Assembly (NCBI GenBank): GCA_024276825.1
Contig: JAJRWI010000033.1
Location: forward strand, 1 to 64,000
Length of the DNA: 64,000 nt
Origin: an archaeon
GTDB lineage: Archaea; Asgardarchaeota; Thorarchaeia; Thorarchaeales; Thorarchaeaceae
Direction: 5' to 3'
The translations under genes were made by a program, and so were the position numbers. Numbering within the stretch: the first letter of the stretch is position 1; every line of letters starts with the position of its first letter. Shown here in pieces: positions 30,350-40,989 of the stretch. The notes beneath the pieces are model-generated. The model had not been told where the DNA came from. It was given only the letters and a program-made list of their open reading frames with translations, and ran no database searches.

Positions 30350-31459
30350 TTGAATAAGAAGCCATTTTTCGGTGCGCTCCTGTTATTCCTATTTGGACTA
30401 ACAGTACTGGTTATGCCCACACCCGTCATGGCCAGCCCGGATGGTGCAACAGCCCGTCCAGGAGGCTATGGAGGGAGATGGCGCAATACTGCACCCACAG
30501 TCACAATCGAATCTCCAGAAAACTTGGCCACTGTTGTTGGGACAATCACGATTCAGGCAACTGCTACTGATGCTCAGGATGGTACGCTCACACCTACAAT
30601 CTATATTGATGGTGTTGCTGTAGCAGTGGCAAACTCGTATACTTGGGACACAACAACAGTGGACGATGGATCCCACACAATCGAGGCAAAGGCCACTGAC
30701 AGTGGTGGTCTCACAGGTTCTGATCTTGTCACCGTCACAGTGGACAATGTGGAAGATCCGCCACCCCCACCCCCACCACCAGGCCAGAACAAGTATGCTG
30801 TCATAGTCGGTATCTCCGATTATGCCGCAGTCAACGACTTGACATATTGCGATGAGGACGCTACTGACTGGTACAATTACCTGTCTGGTCTTGGATACAC
30901 AATCAAGCTGTTCGGAGACGGCACAAACTATTACCCACAGTGGGATGGCTATGCGACTGAGTATAACATCAAGACTGCACTTGCAGACTTCATTGCCCAG
31001 GCTGATGAGGATGATATAATCGTCTTTGCCAGTTCAGGGCATGGTACAACATATTCTGGCGGAGAAACCATATGTTGCTGGGACTATGGTGTGGGAGAGA
31101 ATGGCGAGGATGGCTCCTTTACTGATGTGGAGATGGCAAGCGTCTTTGCACCTGCTGTTTGTGAGGTGTTTATCTTCCTCGATCACTGCTACTCAGGCGG
31201 TATGAATGAGGTCATGTCAAACTCTAACGCTGGTAAGTTTTACATGACAACGACCTGCACTGACTCGGGCTATGGGTATGATGTTCCAGAGTACTCCAAT
31301 GGAGCATGGACATACTGGTTCCTTGAGGCCGGGCTTGTTGGTCAAGGCTTCACAAACATGGAGGACTGCTTTAGCTGGGCACTCTCAAACTACCCATATG
31401 GCGGTGCTGACACCCCACAGGAGTTTGATGGTGATCTTACAACCTTCTTCACTCTTTAG
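30350..31459 (+). CDS. Secreted caspase-family (C14/metacaspase-like) protease with Ig-like domain
   Basis: Signal peptide; Big-type Ig domain; poly-Pro linker; KYAVIVGISDY, SSGHG (His) and LDHCYSGG (Cys) dyad. Confidence 0.85.
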   Translation: MNKKPFFGALLLFLFGLTVLVMPTPVMASPDGATARPGGYGGRWRNTAPTVTIESPENLATVVGTITIQATATDAQDGTLTPTIYIDGVAVAVANSYTWDTTTVDDGSHTIEAKATDSGGLTGSDLVTVTVDNVEDPPPPPPPPGQNKYAVIVGISDYAAVNDLTYCDEDATDWYNYLSGLGYTIKLFGDGTNYYPQWDGYATEYNIKTALADFIAQADEDDIIVFASSGHGTTYSGGETICCWDYGVGENGEDGSFTDVEMASVFAPAVCEVFIFLDHCYSGGMNEVMSNSNAGKFYMTTTCTDSGYGYDVPEYSNGAWTYWFLEAGLVGQGFTNMEDCFSWALSNYPYGGADTPQEFDGDLTTFFTL

Positions 31460-31665
31460 GAGCAAGTCTATTTGAAGGCGGGCAATCTGCTTGCCCCCTT
31501 CCCCCCTCTTTTTTGATGAGTGCAATCATTTGGTCATCCAAGTAATAAGATTCAGTTTATAATGGGAATTTCTATTCTTTACATTTCAAAATTCAATCGA
31601 AACGTTATTGACTCACCTAGTTCATTGAATATTACACATGATGATAATTTATGGAGATGATATAA

Positions 31666-32853
31666 GTGTCAGAAAAGATGATACAAGGACTTCGGCAGGA
31701 TGATGGGCCGTGGTTACTTCTGCATATTCTACTACCAATGTTTATGACTCTCTTTTTCTTTGAGAGTCTACGGGTCTTCATCGGACTGATCTACTTTGTC
31801 AATTTGGGAGCAATGACTATTGGTGTGTCTGTGCTTTACATTTTCCTGCTGCTGTCGCCAATTGTGGTTCTGTTCATCAAGAAAATTGGTGCATACAGAA
31901 TAGTAATCTTTAGTGCTGTTGGAATTGTGATCTTTCGTTTGTTGATGGCATTGTTGAGTTGGAACATGTCACTAATGCTTATTACATCAGGCATTGCAAC
32001 AATGTTGTATGGCATATTTGTCGCATCCATCATAATCACACCCCTTCAGAATACCCCGGAACGACTTCCTGGGAGGACAGGGTCCATTTCCATATCTTTT
32101 GCTCTCGCACTTGCCATGGACATCATGTTTCGAGCGATAGGTGGTACATGGGACATCACAATCGGCAGTTATTCCATTGCCATCGTGATCCCACTCACCA
32201 TTATCACATTCATCATCATCTGGTTGATTGGCCCTGTCTGTGGGGCAGTTATTCAGAACAGTTCTAGCACGCCAAAGGCGAAGAAGAGCCGGCTTGTTCG
32301 CATGTTTATGGGAGCGGGATTTGGTGGAGGACTGTTCATGATCTACACATTATTGGGATTTCCGAATGTCGTTGCTAGGTGGACCAACACAAGCTATGAG
32401 TTTAATACAGTGTCTGTCGTAATTGCATTGCTGCTCTATGCAATACTGGTCCAGATACCAAAGGCCAATAATCTAGTGTTCAGGAGGGAGATCATCCTTG
32501 TGTTGAATCTGCTATTAATCGTGGCAGTGATGGACATCATTTACATTCACAGTGTGATTGTGTCAGTGTTTACAGGAATTGCAGTGTTTGCCATGATGGC
32601 TGACCTGAGTGTTTTGTGGGGTATTGTCGTCAGCAGGGGCGGTGATATTGTTGATAGCGGACTGTTCCATTTCTTCGGAATGTTCCTATTCATGTTTCTG
32701 ATCCTGTTCTTCGCTCTGTCCTTTGTAGCGGGGATGATTCTGCCAGCACTGGAGGGAATGATACCGTATCTTTTGATGCTTGCAACTTTTCTGGTGTTCA
32801 TTGTCAGTGTTGGAGTATCGGTTTCTGGATTCGTAAGGGAGGTGGAAGAGTAA
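31666..32853 (+). CDS. Multi-pass membrane protein (putative CWH43/PGAP2IP TM region)
   Basis: About 11-12 TM helices; stop overlaps the start of the EEP gene (TAATG). Confidence 0.65.
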   Translation: MSEKMIQGLRQDDGPWLLLHILLPMFMTLFFFESLRVFIGLIYFVNLGAMTIGVSVLYIFLLLSPIVVLFIKKIGAYRIVIFSAVGIVIFRLLMALLSWNMSLMLITSGIATMLYGIFVASIIITPLQNTPERLPGRTGSISISFALALAMDIMFRAIGGTWDITIGSYSIAIVIPLTIITFIIIWLIGPVCGAVIQNSSSTPKAKKSRLVRMFMGAGFGGGLFMIYTLLGFPNVVARWTNTSYEFNTVSVVIALLLYAILVQIPKANNLVFRREIILVLNLLLIVAVMDIIYIHSVIVSVFTGIAVFAMMADLSVLWGIVVSRGGDIVDSGLFHFFGMFLFMFLILFFALSFVAGMILPALEGMIPYLLMLATFLVFIVSVGVSVSGFVREVEE

Positions 32854-33701
32854 TGATGACAAGAAATCTCAAGTTTACAATAGTGATATCTGCAATACTG
32901 TTCATCGGGACAATGGCAGGCCTGCTCATCACATTGACACCTGCGCCTGACACCGAACCAACAACAACACTCACTCTTATGACCTATAACATCTATCAGG
33001 GTTACACGCCAGATGGAGGAGTCAATCTCGAAGTGATTCGCGACACAATTAGAGATGCAAGCCCCGACATTGTAGGGCTTCAAGAGTCAGACATGAACAG
33101 AATAAGTTCAATGAATATAGACTCGATCCGATGGTTGGCCACTCAGTTGAACATGTATAGTTATTTTGGACCACCAACAAGTGAACAGATAATAGGTGTC
33201 GCACTACTCTCCAAATATCCAATCATCAGTAGTGCATATCATCTTCTGACCTCTGAGGAACTCCCAAGGGTCCTCATTGAGGCTACTATTCAAGTGGGCT
33301 CTGAGCAGGTGAGTGTCTTTGTGGTCCATTTGGGACTGTCATATGAAGACAGAACCACTCAAGCTGCAGAGGCCATGCAATATGTCGATGCTGCCATGGC
33401 GCCAAAGATTCTCATGGGCGACTTTAACACTTTGCCCACGGGTGAACCAGAACCAGGCTCGGATGATCCACGGGTGGACACAATTTATACTGACATATCT
33501 GCACATCTCAATGACACTTGGACTGCAGCAGGGCATCCGCAGAATTCTAATGATGGTTTCACTTGGCCAAGCTATGGCCCATACGAGAGGATAGACTATA
33601 TCTGGGTGAGCCCCGATTTCACTGTCAGCTCTTGTACTGTGATAAGCAGTGCAACAGGTAGTGATCATTTGCCTGTAGTGGCAACAGTTCAGATGCCATG
33701 A
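32853..33701 (+). CDS. Endonuclease/exonuclease/phosphatase (EEP) family protein, CWH43 C-terminal-like
   Basis: MTYNI, VGLQESD, MGDFN, RIDYIW and GSDHLPV motifs; N-terminal TM. Confidence 0.85.
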   Translation: MMTRNLKFTIVISAILFIGTMAGLLITLTPAPDTEPTTTLTLMTYNIYQGYTPDGGVNLEVIRDTIRDASPDIVGLQESDMNRISSMNIDSIRWLATQLNMYSYFGPPTSEQIIGVALLSKYPIISSAYHLLTSEELPRVLIEATIQVGSEQVSVFVVHLGLSYEDRTTQAAEAMQYVDAAMAPKILMGDFNTLPTGEPEPGSDDPRVDTIYTDISAHLNDTWTAAGHPQNSNDGFTWPSYGPYERIDYIWVSPDFTVSSCTVISSATGSDHLPVVATVQMP

Positions 33702-33770
33702 TGGAAAATAGATAATAATGAGAGATCTACTGATAGGACCACATTGGTTAATCAGTATGATCTTCTTTTT

Positions 33771-34052
33771 CTATTCTATAATCTGACCATCGCGATCTAT
33801 TGTGAGTTCGTCCAATCGGAGCAGTAGCCGGTCTGGCACAAGTCGTAAAGCATTGATAAAATTGTGCCAGTTTTTCACAGTGCCCGCATCATCGCTAGTA
33901 ATTGCATCTAGAAGGTCTGAGATTCTCCCAGTTTCCGATCCAGTCAAAGGATGGACAAATTGGATTTCATAGTCCCCATCAGGATCATAGATTATGCAAT
34001 TCACAAAGAGTGAGGAGTCTTCAGAATACCGGATAACTACTCGTTTCATCAT
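33771..34052 (-). CDS. Hypothetical protein
   Basis: 93-aa ORF co-oriented downstream of RNase Z. Confidence 0.5.
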   Translation of the reverse strand: MMKRVVIRYSEDSSLFVNCIIYDPDGDYEIQFVHPLTGSETGRISDLLDAITSDDAGTVKNWHNFINALRLVPDRLLLRLDELTIDRDGQIIE

Positions 34053-34075
34053 CGCTAGCCACTATTGAACATTAA

Positions 34076-35047
34076 TCAGGCAATATTATCACATGCAGAC
34101 ATATTACTTGTGTTACTTCTTTTGACCACACCTTCTTTGTCAATCTCAAGTCGCATGAGATCATGAGCCAAGATGGAGTTCTTGAATATGTGCTGAGCCT
34201 CTTTAAGTATCTCAAGACCATTGCCATAACGTGGACTGTAATGGGTCAGTGCCAGGTATTTCACACCTGCGTCCCTTGCAAGTTCAGCAGCTTGTGCTGC
34301 AGTCATGTGCCCACGTTCCTCTGCCAGTTCTGCATGGCTGGTGCAATACATTGCTTCGGAAATCAATAGGGTGGCATTTTGGGATACTTGCCTGAGAGTT
34401 TCACAGGGTCTAGTATCACCAGTGTACACTATCTTTATCGGAGGAGGAGGTGTGTCCGTGACCTCTTCAGGTCTGATTGTCCGCCCGTCATCTAGCTTTA
34501 CTGACTTCCCTAAGGCAAGGTCTTTCCACAGAGGGCCTTTGGGGACTCCAAGTTCACTTGCAAGCTGAGGGATAAAATGACCTCTAGGTCTTTGATAGAG
34601 AATCTCATAACCTAGGGCATACCCCCTGTGATTGACCTCGAAAGCGGAGACCTTTATATCGTCAATCTCGATGATTGGTCCCGCTTCAATGGCATAGACT
34701 GTGGTTTCGAAAGTGGTGCCAAGGTGAATTGTATCTTGATTGATTCTAACATATTCTATCAGTTCCTTCGGGCCAAAGATCTGGAGGGGTCTGATTCTGC
34801 CTAATAGAGAGAACCGCAATAAAAGACCAGGTAGTCCAAGAATATGGTCAGCATGCATGTGTGATATGAATATGACCATGTGTTTGTTGTTCCCCAATCG
34901 GGCACGTTCAAATTGACGTTGCACATCTTCCCCGGCATCAAACAGTAGATTCCATCCTTGATACCTGATTGCAACAGCGGGGTGATTACGGTTCTCAGTG
35001 GGAATACTCCCGCCACTTCCAAGGAACACAACCTCAAGACGTGCCAT
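34076..35047 (-). CDS. rnz: Ribonuclease Z
   Basis: FLGSGGSIP, SHMHADHILG, GP exosite, YTGDTRP, THYSPRY. Confidence 0.93.
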   Translation of the reverse strand: MARLEVVFLGSGGSIPTENRNHPAVAIRYQGWNLLFDAGEDVQRQFERARLGNNKHMVIFISHMHADHILGLPGLLLRFSLLGRIRPLQIFGPKELIEYVRINQDTIHLGTTFETTVYAIEAGPIIEIDDIKVSAFEVNHRGYALGYEILYQRPRGHFIPQLASELGVPKGPLWKDLALGKSVKLDDGRTIRPEEVTDTPPPPIKIVYTGDTRPCETLRQVSQNATLLISEAMYCTSHAELAEERGHMTAAQAAELARDAGVKYLALTHYSPRYGNGLEILKEAQHIFKNSILAHDLMRLEIDKEGVVKRSNTSNMSACDNIA

Positions 35048-35102
35048 TATGATGCCTCTTGTTTCACACTGCGTTTGCATCTCATAACGATTATGATTGA
35101 AC

Positions 35103-36557
35103 TCAGGCCAAGTCGATAGACAGACAATTGTTATGGATTACTTCTTTTCGTACCGTCGAGTATGTCCGAACATCAAAAAAGGAGGAGTCGCACTTCCAGT
35201 TCATTGATTGTAAATCAAATATCTTTATGACATCAAGAGGGCGCTTCTCGCCAGCTGTGATCACATGGGTTTCAAGATTGTCCACCATACTACGTTCTTC
35301 CTCCAAGATTGAAACTATCTGCTTTGCTTGACCCATGGGAGTGCTGGACAGTATTATCACCTTTTTAATGGATGGCCGGTCGATGTTCTCTAACAGGGAG
35401 AAGAATGAGAAGGGCAATTTGCTCATTGCAATATGTAGCATTGCAGCTGTGGAGGAGTCAGCCACTGAAACCACGCCCTCTGTAAGAGCAGGAATCTTGA
35501 CTATTATGCGAGGCAAGACAGCCCGTTCGTTGATTATCTCACTCCGCTTACGGAATACAATGCTCCTTGATAGCTTTGTTGCTATTGAGACGTCTTGAAC
35601 CTTTGAGTCATAGTCTTTTAGCAGATGCTTCATTACCAATAGCTTGGATTTTCCGAGTCTGCTTATTGGTGCATTGAGGGTGGTTCTTTTGGTTTCACCA
35701 ACCACTAATTCATCTACATGCTTTCTCAGCAAAAGTCGGAAGTGAAGAAGGTCTATTCGCCATTGGTTTGACTTTCGATCATAATAGGAGTCATTGAAAC
35801 TTGTCGTGCCTGGTGATAACCACCATGCGCTGACATTGTCGCTGCTATTTCGTAAATCAACAACCAGCTTTCTAAAACCTTTGGAGAATGCAGCAGGGAT
35901 CAACAAAGTCTGATAGACCATGGCGCGCTCTGCGTCAGCAAATATTGTAGAAGTGACATACGGTCCTGAGAGAATGAATAAGGGATTTGAGAGGATTAGC
36001 AAGATGCGCTCAAAGGCCAACTGATTGGCATTGATGATACCGACTCGACGTAGTATTCCAGATGATGCAAGCCGTATCCAGGCCCGTCTAGCCTTGGAAT
36101 ATTTAATTCCCGTCAATGCTTCAAGTTCAGACAGTCTTACTTCTGGATTGCCAAAGACGGCCTTCAAGATGACAATCTCGGATTCCTTGAGTTTTGAGAT
36201 GTTGGCATGATATAATTCATCAATGAGGGATAAGATGTCTCGAGATGTTATAACCTCCACATCACCTAGAGCATGTACAGACTCAAGGCGTTTTTTGAGG
36301 TCAGAACATAGACTTCCCCGATAACTGGAAACAATTGCATGGATACGTTTTAGGTCAGAAGTCATCTGAAACTGATCGTGATGCTCGTAGCTCTCTAGAT
36401 GGCATAACACCTTGAGAACAGTTCGTGCATCAGGGCTCAGTCTTTGTTTATAGGTGCCCTGTCCTTGCGTCATCAATACATCATTAGATTCGGACTGATC
36501 CAGCACAAAGACAACCCCTATCAACAATTCTGTTTGTACTACGAGCAAGGGCACCAA
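35103..36557 (-). CDS. Multi-wHTH (Lrp-like) putative regulator
   Basis: Two HTH-like segments (LSELEALTGIKYSKARRAW; VQDVSIATKLSRSIVFRK); start uncertain. Confidence 0.55.
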   Translation of the reverse strand: MVPLLVVQTELLIGVVFVLDQSESNDVLMTQGQGTYKQRLSPDARTVLKVLCHLESYEHHDQFQMTSDLKRIHAIVSSYRGSLCSDLKKRLESVHALGDVEVITSRDILSLIDELYHANISKLKESEIVILKAVFGNPEVRLSELEALTGIKYSKARRAWIRLASSGILRRVGIINANQLAFERILLILSNPLFILSGPYVTSTIFADAERAMVYQTLLIPAAFSKGFRKLVVDLRNSSDNVSAWWLSPGTTSFNDSYYDRKSNQWRIDLLHFRLLLRKHVDELVVGETKRTTLNAPISRLGKSKLLVMKHLLKDYDSKVQDVSIATKLSRSIVFRKRSEIINERAVLPRIIVKIPALTEGVVSVADSSTAAMLHIAMSKLPFSFFSLLENIDRPSIKKVIILSSTPMGQAKQIVSILEEERSMVDNLETHVITAGEKRPLDVIKIFDLQSMNWKCDSSFFDVRTYSTVRKEVIHNNCLSIDLA

Positions 36558-36612
36558 TTAACCGTGCCTAGACCTCTAACCTTGAACATAATTGAAACGA
36601 TTTAAGCACATA

Positions 36613-37401
36613 TTATCGGATTGGGGTCGATTCCTTGAATAGCGACCAGAAGTATGATGATGCCATCTCAGCAAAGACCGAATGTGATGAGAATATCCCC
36701 AAGAAGTCTGAGCCCTCGGTTGTGCCTGCAAGCATGATTAGCGTATGCTTGCGATCTACAACAAGACCCGCACCAAACACGCGGTCTCGGGTTCTGACTT
36801 CAAATCCCCTAGGAATGATATTCTTGATTGGTTCCGGAATCTCAGATGTCAGAATATGTACCTTCGGCACTTTGAGTTCAAGAATTCTCTCAAGAAGCTC
36901 CGCAAGGCTGCCGACATCAAACTCCTTCGATAGGTGACTCATATCAAGACTGGGAATTGAGAGGATCACTTCATCCCTTGCCTCGTCCAACATTTCCAGG
37001 GCTTTTGCAAGAATGCCTGCTCTACCATGGATTAGCCAGACGTCGCGTGGCGATGCCTGAGCCTCGCGTTCAAATCGGGGTTGCAACTCGTCAATGACAA
37101 CCCTGCTATATTGCTGAATCTGCTCCTCCATATTTAGTCTGATTATCTTGACCACTTCTGAAGGTGCCTTAGCGGCATATTTTGTGGGTCGTCCCCGTTG
37201 GACTTGAATGAACCCTTTCTCTTCCAATCGTCCAAGCACATCATATATTCTTGAGTATGGCACCTTGGAGCTGGCACTGATCTCGGATGCGGATTGAATG
37301 CCCCCATCAACAAGAGCAACATAAGCCTGGACCTCATACTCTGTCAGCCCAAAACCCTTGAGGGCTTTGAGAGTCGCTTCACTAATTATCAAGTCATTCA
37401 C
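36613..37401 (-). CDS. TrmB family transcriptional regulator
   Basis: FGLTEYEVQAYVAL...SKVPYSRIYDVLGRLEEKG. Confidence 0.9.
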   Translation of the reverse strand: MNDLIISEATLKALKGFGLTEYEVQAYVALVDGGIQSASEISASSKVPYSRIYDVLGRLEEKGFIQVQRGRPTKYAAKAPSEVVKIIRLNMEEQIQQYSRVVIDELQPRFEREAQASPRDVWLIHGRAGILAKALEMLDEARDEVILSIPSLDMSHLSKEFDVGSLAELLERILELKVPKVHILTSEIPEPIKNIIPRGFEVRTRDRVFGAGLVVDRKHTLIMLAGTTEGSDFLGIFSSHSVFAEMASSYFWSLFKESTPIR

Positions 37402-37972
37402 CTTGCTTCTTGTATTGATTCACATACCACTCAAGAAATGCATGAAAGGCCTTTGTTCTGTGTGAAATGGACACCTTCTCAAGCATGCTCAGTTGGGCGT
37501 AGGTTTTGTTCATGCCATCAGGAATGAATATGGGATCGTAGCCAAACCCGCTATCTCCTGAGGGGGTCAGACTGATAGTACCGTGAGTCACCCCAGTGAA
37601 CACTTTAATCTGCTTGCCATCCGAAAATCCCACAGCTGTCACAAACCTTGCAGACCTGTCATCAATTCCATCCATCAGGCGTAATATCCCCTCTATTCCA
37701 ATCGTCCTCAGTACAAATGCTGCATATGCCTTTGGGAAACCATTAAGACTGTCAATGTATAGTCCTGTGTCATCAACGACCACAAGACCTTTCAGTTCAT
37801 TAAACGCATGTTTCGCTGCTACTTCAGCAACCTCAGCAACTTCATCAGAACGAATCTCAACTTTGCTATAGGGATTAGTTGTGAACTTCAGCCCATACTC
37901 TTCAAACACGGGTTTCAGTTCTGCTATCTTGTGTTGATTATTAGTAATCAGTATCAGCTCATTGCCTGACAT
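37394..37972 (-). CDS. rdgB: Non-canonical purine NTP pyrophosphatase (RdgB/HAM1)
   Basis: ITNNQHK, DDTGL, GFGYDPIF and SHR motifs. Confidence 0.92.
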   Translation of the reverse strand: MSGNELILITNNQHKIAELKPVFEEYGLKFTTNPYSKVEIRSDEVAEVAEVAAKHAFNELKGLVVVDDTGLYIDSLNGFPKAYAAFVLRTIGIEGILRLMDGIDDRSARFVTAVGFSDGKQIKVFTGVTHGTISLTPSGDSGFGYDPIFIPDGMNKTYAQLSMLEKVSISHRTKAFHAFLEWYVNQYKKQGE

Positions 37973-39083
37973 ACTCTAAGACCTCCTTCATGACTTTGTA
38001 TGACTGTCTGGTCTTTTCAAGATCAAACATGCCTGTGGCATTCCATAGTATTATGTGTTTTAACCCGTTTCGGGTATATTCCTCAAGCTCTTTGATTATT
38101 GTTTCAGAGTCGCCAATCATATAGAATGCATGTAGAATATCCTCAGGAACAGAGTCAATTGCTGATAGGACTGTCTTACGGTCATAGTTCATGGGAATAT
38201 AGTCCCTGAGAGAGTAGAAGTCTTCACCAAAGGGATGCTCATGCCCAATCTTTTTCCATTCGGATGAGGGATATAGTAATGCAAAGGCGCGAGCCAGAGG
38301 TGTGTTAATCATGCGTTCACACTCAGACTCATCGTTATCAAGCACACACCAGTTCCAGAGCGCTGCAGTGAACTTGTTGGCCTTCCCCATCTTCTCCCTG
38401 TATTTTCTAATTGTCTTCAATCCTTCAGCATAGTCATGAGGACTCAATAGAGTTGGAATCCAACCATCTCCAAAATCTGCCGCGATTTTCAGCATCTTGG
38501 GGCCATGAGCTGCTATCCAAATGGGAGGGGGGCGGTCTTGAATTCTGGGACGCAGCGACATCACGGCGCGTTTCAGCACCCAGAATCTACCATCATAATC
38601 GAATGGTTCATGGGTTTCCCATATCTTCCGTATTATTTCAAGCGCCTCGCGGAGCTTCCCGACCTGACATGAATAGTCGAGTCCATAGGGCTTGATGTTC
38701 TCAATCTCTCCAGCACCAATTCCCAGAATCGCTCTTCCGTTAGAGATGTGATCGAGTGTGAGGAAGGTCTGAGCTATCAATACAGGATGTCTTCGAATTG
38801 GCTCGGTGACAGCAGATAGTAGCTTTGTGTTCTCAGTCACCATAGCACATGCAGCCATAATGGTAGACATCTCATAATAGGTATGTGGTGACTGTTGAAT
38901 GAGAGCTAATGGTGTTATATCAGGTGTCCAGAAGGATTCTGGTATAAAACCTGCAAAGTGATCGGGAAATGCCATTGATGCATAGCCAAGACTGTCTATT
39001 GTCTTTGCGTTCCTGATCAAACTCTCAAATGGAGGGAGAAAGGGCCCTGGGGCACCAATCTCCAGATCATGCAGACTTGTCAT
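37959..39083 (-). CDS. LLM-class (luciferase-like) flavin/F420-dependent oxidoreductase
   Basis: PDH, TLDHISNGRAILGIGAG, PPIWIAAHGPKML..A..GDGW. Confidence 0.88.
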   Translation of the reverse strand: MTSLHDLEIGAPGPFLPPFESLIRNAKTIDSLGYASMAFPDHFAGFIPESFWTPDITPLALIQQSPHTYYEMSTIMAACAMVTENTKLLSAVTEPIRRHPVLIAQTFLTLDHISNGRAILGIGAGEIENIKPYGLDYSCQVGKLREALEIIRKIWETHEPFDYDGRFWVLKRAVMSLRPRIQDRPPPIWIAAHGPKMLKIAADFGDGWIPTLLSPHDYAEGLKTIRKYREKMGKANKFTAALWNWCVLDNDESECERMINTPLARAFALLYPSSEWKKIGHEHPFGEDFYSLRDYIPMNYDRKTVLSAIDSVPEDILHAFYMIGDSETIIKELEEYTRNGLKHIILWNATGMFDLEKTRQSYKVMKEVLEYVRQ

Positions 39084-39086
39084 ATA

Positions 39087-40304
39087 TCAACACGACTCAG
39101 CAAATCGGATGATTACATCACGGACATTGTCAAAGTCCTTTACATCCAGCCACTCATCAATCCCATGGAAATTGGAGTCATCAGCAATAGTGCCATAACA
39201 AGCAGTTGGAATACCGACTGCTGTGAAAAAGTGCCCATCGTTTCCACCGAGATCTGCAGCAATCTGCAAGCTGGGATCGACAACCTCCTTTACAACGCCG
39301 TAGAAAGCCTTGATGAACTTGTTATCCCTGTCTGAGCCCCAGCCATGAACTTTGGTCTTTATCTCGAGGGTGGCATCAACGCCTGTGTCCTCCTTTACTT
39401 GATTTAGATAATTCTCTATGTCATTCACAACCTCATCGGGATTCTCCTCTGGGATTAAGCGGCAGTCAAAAGACACTTCAGCCTTTCCAGGGATTATATT
39501 GGTCTTACTGCCTGCTTTGAGGATTGTCATTGAAAAACGGCCCCAGAGGTTCTGAAATGGACATCCAGGAGGAGCAGGATATTCAGACATCACCTTCTTT
39601 CTGATGTCAATGTATCCCAACATGCCATCTAGAAGAGGAATGGCAAGATGAATGGCATTGGCAAACCTAAAGGGATATCCTGCATGGCCCTGCTGACCAT
39701 GAACGGTGATTGTTCCTCCTATAACTCCGCTCGCACCAACACTCACATAACCGGGACCACTGTCTGCGACAATTGCAAAATCACCCCTGATCTTCGGAGG
39801 ACCATTGATCAGATAGTCGATGCCCCATTCACCGCCTATCTCTTCATTGGGTGAGATCAGCAGCTTCATGTTGACTTTTGATTTTCCCTTCTCCGCAAGT
39901 GCTTTTGCTGCACTGACTGAAGCAACAAGATTGCCTTTGCAGTCTGTCACTCCACGACCATAGAGCTTGTCGCCTTCAATTGTCAGATCGAAGGGAGGTC
40001 GGGTCCAGGCATCAAAATCGCCAGCTGGTACAACATCATAATGTGTGCAGACTAGGACTGTTTCTGGTGCCCCAACATCAAGCGTTGCAACAATGTTCGG
40101 TTGAGGTTTGCCATCGTGCTTGGAGTCAAAGACCTCTACCTTTAGACCACCTTCTTTACAATACTTCTTAATCACTTCACTACATTCCATGTAGTTCTTC
40201 TTCTCTTCACTATTGGTGTCAAGCTGAATTATCTCGCGCAAGAACTGCTGTTCCCAATTGTCCATCAAATCTCGCCTCACTATTCCCTCTTGGTCGATGA
40301 CCAT
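39087..40304 (-). CDS. M20 family metallopeptidase/deacylase (ArgE/DapE-like)
   Basis: HYDVVP, GRGVTDCKG, NEEIGG, GHAG and FHGIDE motifs. Confidence 0.9.
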   Translation of the reverse strand: MVIDQEGIVRRDLMDNWEQQFLREIIQLDTNSEEKKNYMECSEVIKKYCKEGGLKVEVFDSKHDGKPQPNIVATLDVGAPETVLVCTHYDVVPAGDFDAWTRPPFDLTIEGDKLYGRGVTDCKGNLVASVSAAKALAEKGKSKVNMKLLISPNEEIGGEWGIDYLINGPPKIRGDFAIVADSGPGYVSVGASGVIGGTITVHGQQGHAGYPFRFANAIHLAIPLLDGMLGYIDIRKKVMSEYPAPPGCPFQNLWGRFSMTILKAGSKTNIIPGKAEVSFDCRLIPEENPDEVVNDIENYLNQVKEDTGVDATLEIKTKVHGWGSDRDNKFIKAFYGVVKEVVDPSLQIAADLGGNDGHFFTAVGIPTACYGTIADDSNFHGIDEWLDVKDFDNVRDVIIRFAESC

Positions 40305-40395
40305 AATTAGTCTTTTCCAACGACAAAACAAGCAACTGAAGATTCCAATTCAATACAAGGATAACTTAAGTCAATAGAGGTTGTCATAATTACCC

Positions 40396-40989
40396 ATGGA
40401 ACCAGTAGTTTTTCACATTCAAAAGGGACGGCTGGTTAAAGTACCAGAGCCGGGTGCATTTGGAAAAGGCGATTGTTATCTGATTGATACAGGAGTCAAG
40501 ATCTATCTATGGATTGGGCCAGAGTCTTCTGTGGATGAGAAGTTTCTCACTGCAGCCTCCGCGGTATTTCTAGACACGAAGAGAAAAGGCCATGCAGATA
40601 TCGACAGGATTGATGGAGGAAACGAACCTGAAGAGTTCAAGGCATTGTTTCCCAATTTCCAACTGACTGATGAGGACACCGAAGGGATTCTTAAGAGTGT
40701 GCAGTTAGAAAAGAGAGAGTACAAGCTCTGGCGAGTACATCATGAAGGTGGCGACTCGTTCTTTGTCGAGGTTCCTCTCAAGCGTGATTCATTATTCAGT
40801 GCGGACGTCTTTATCCTTGACACATGGGATGACATCTTCGTCTGGCGCGGTAAAGAGGCATCAGCAAGAGAGAAGTTCGATGCTACAATAATTGCACGAC
40901 GCTATGATGCAGAGAGAGTGGGAGTTCAGGAGATAGAGTTGATTGAGGAAGGCAGTGAACCTGAAGAGTTCTGGAAGTCATTTGAATGA
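40396..40989 (+). CDS. Two-domain gelsolin-like protein
   Basis: Two repeats: GDCYLID..IYLWIG..S..EK..GNEPEEF and ADVFILD..IFVWRG..AS.REK..GSEPEEFW. Confidence 0.9.
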   Translation: MEPVVFHIQKGRLVKVPEPGAFGKGDCYLIDTGVKIYLWIGPESSVDEKFLTAASAVFLDTKRKGHADIDRIDGGNEPEEFKALFPNFQLTDEDTEGILKSVQLEKREYKLWRVHHEGGDSFFVEVPLKRDSLFSADVFILDTWDDIFVWRGKEASAREKFDATIIARRYDAERVGVQEIELIEEGSEPEEFWKSFE

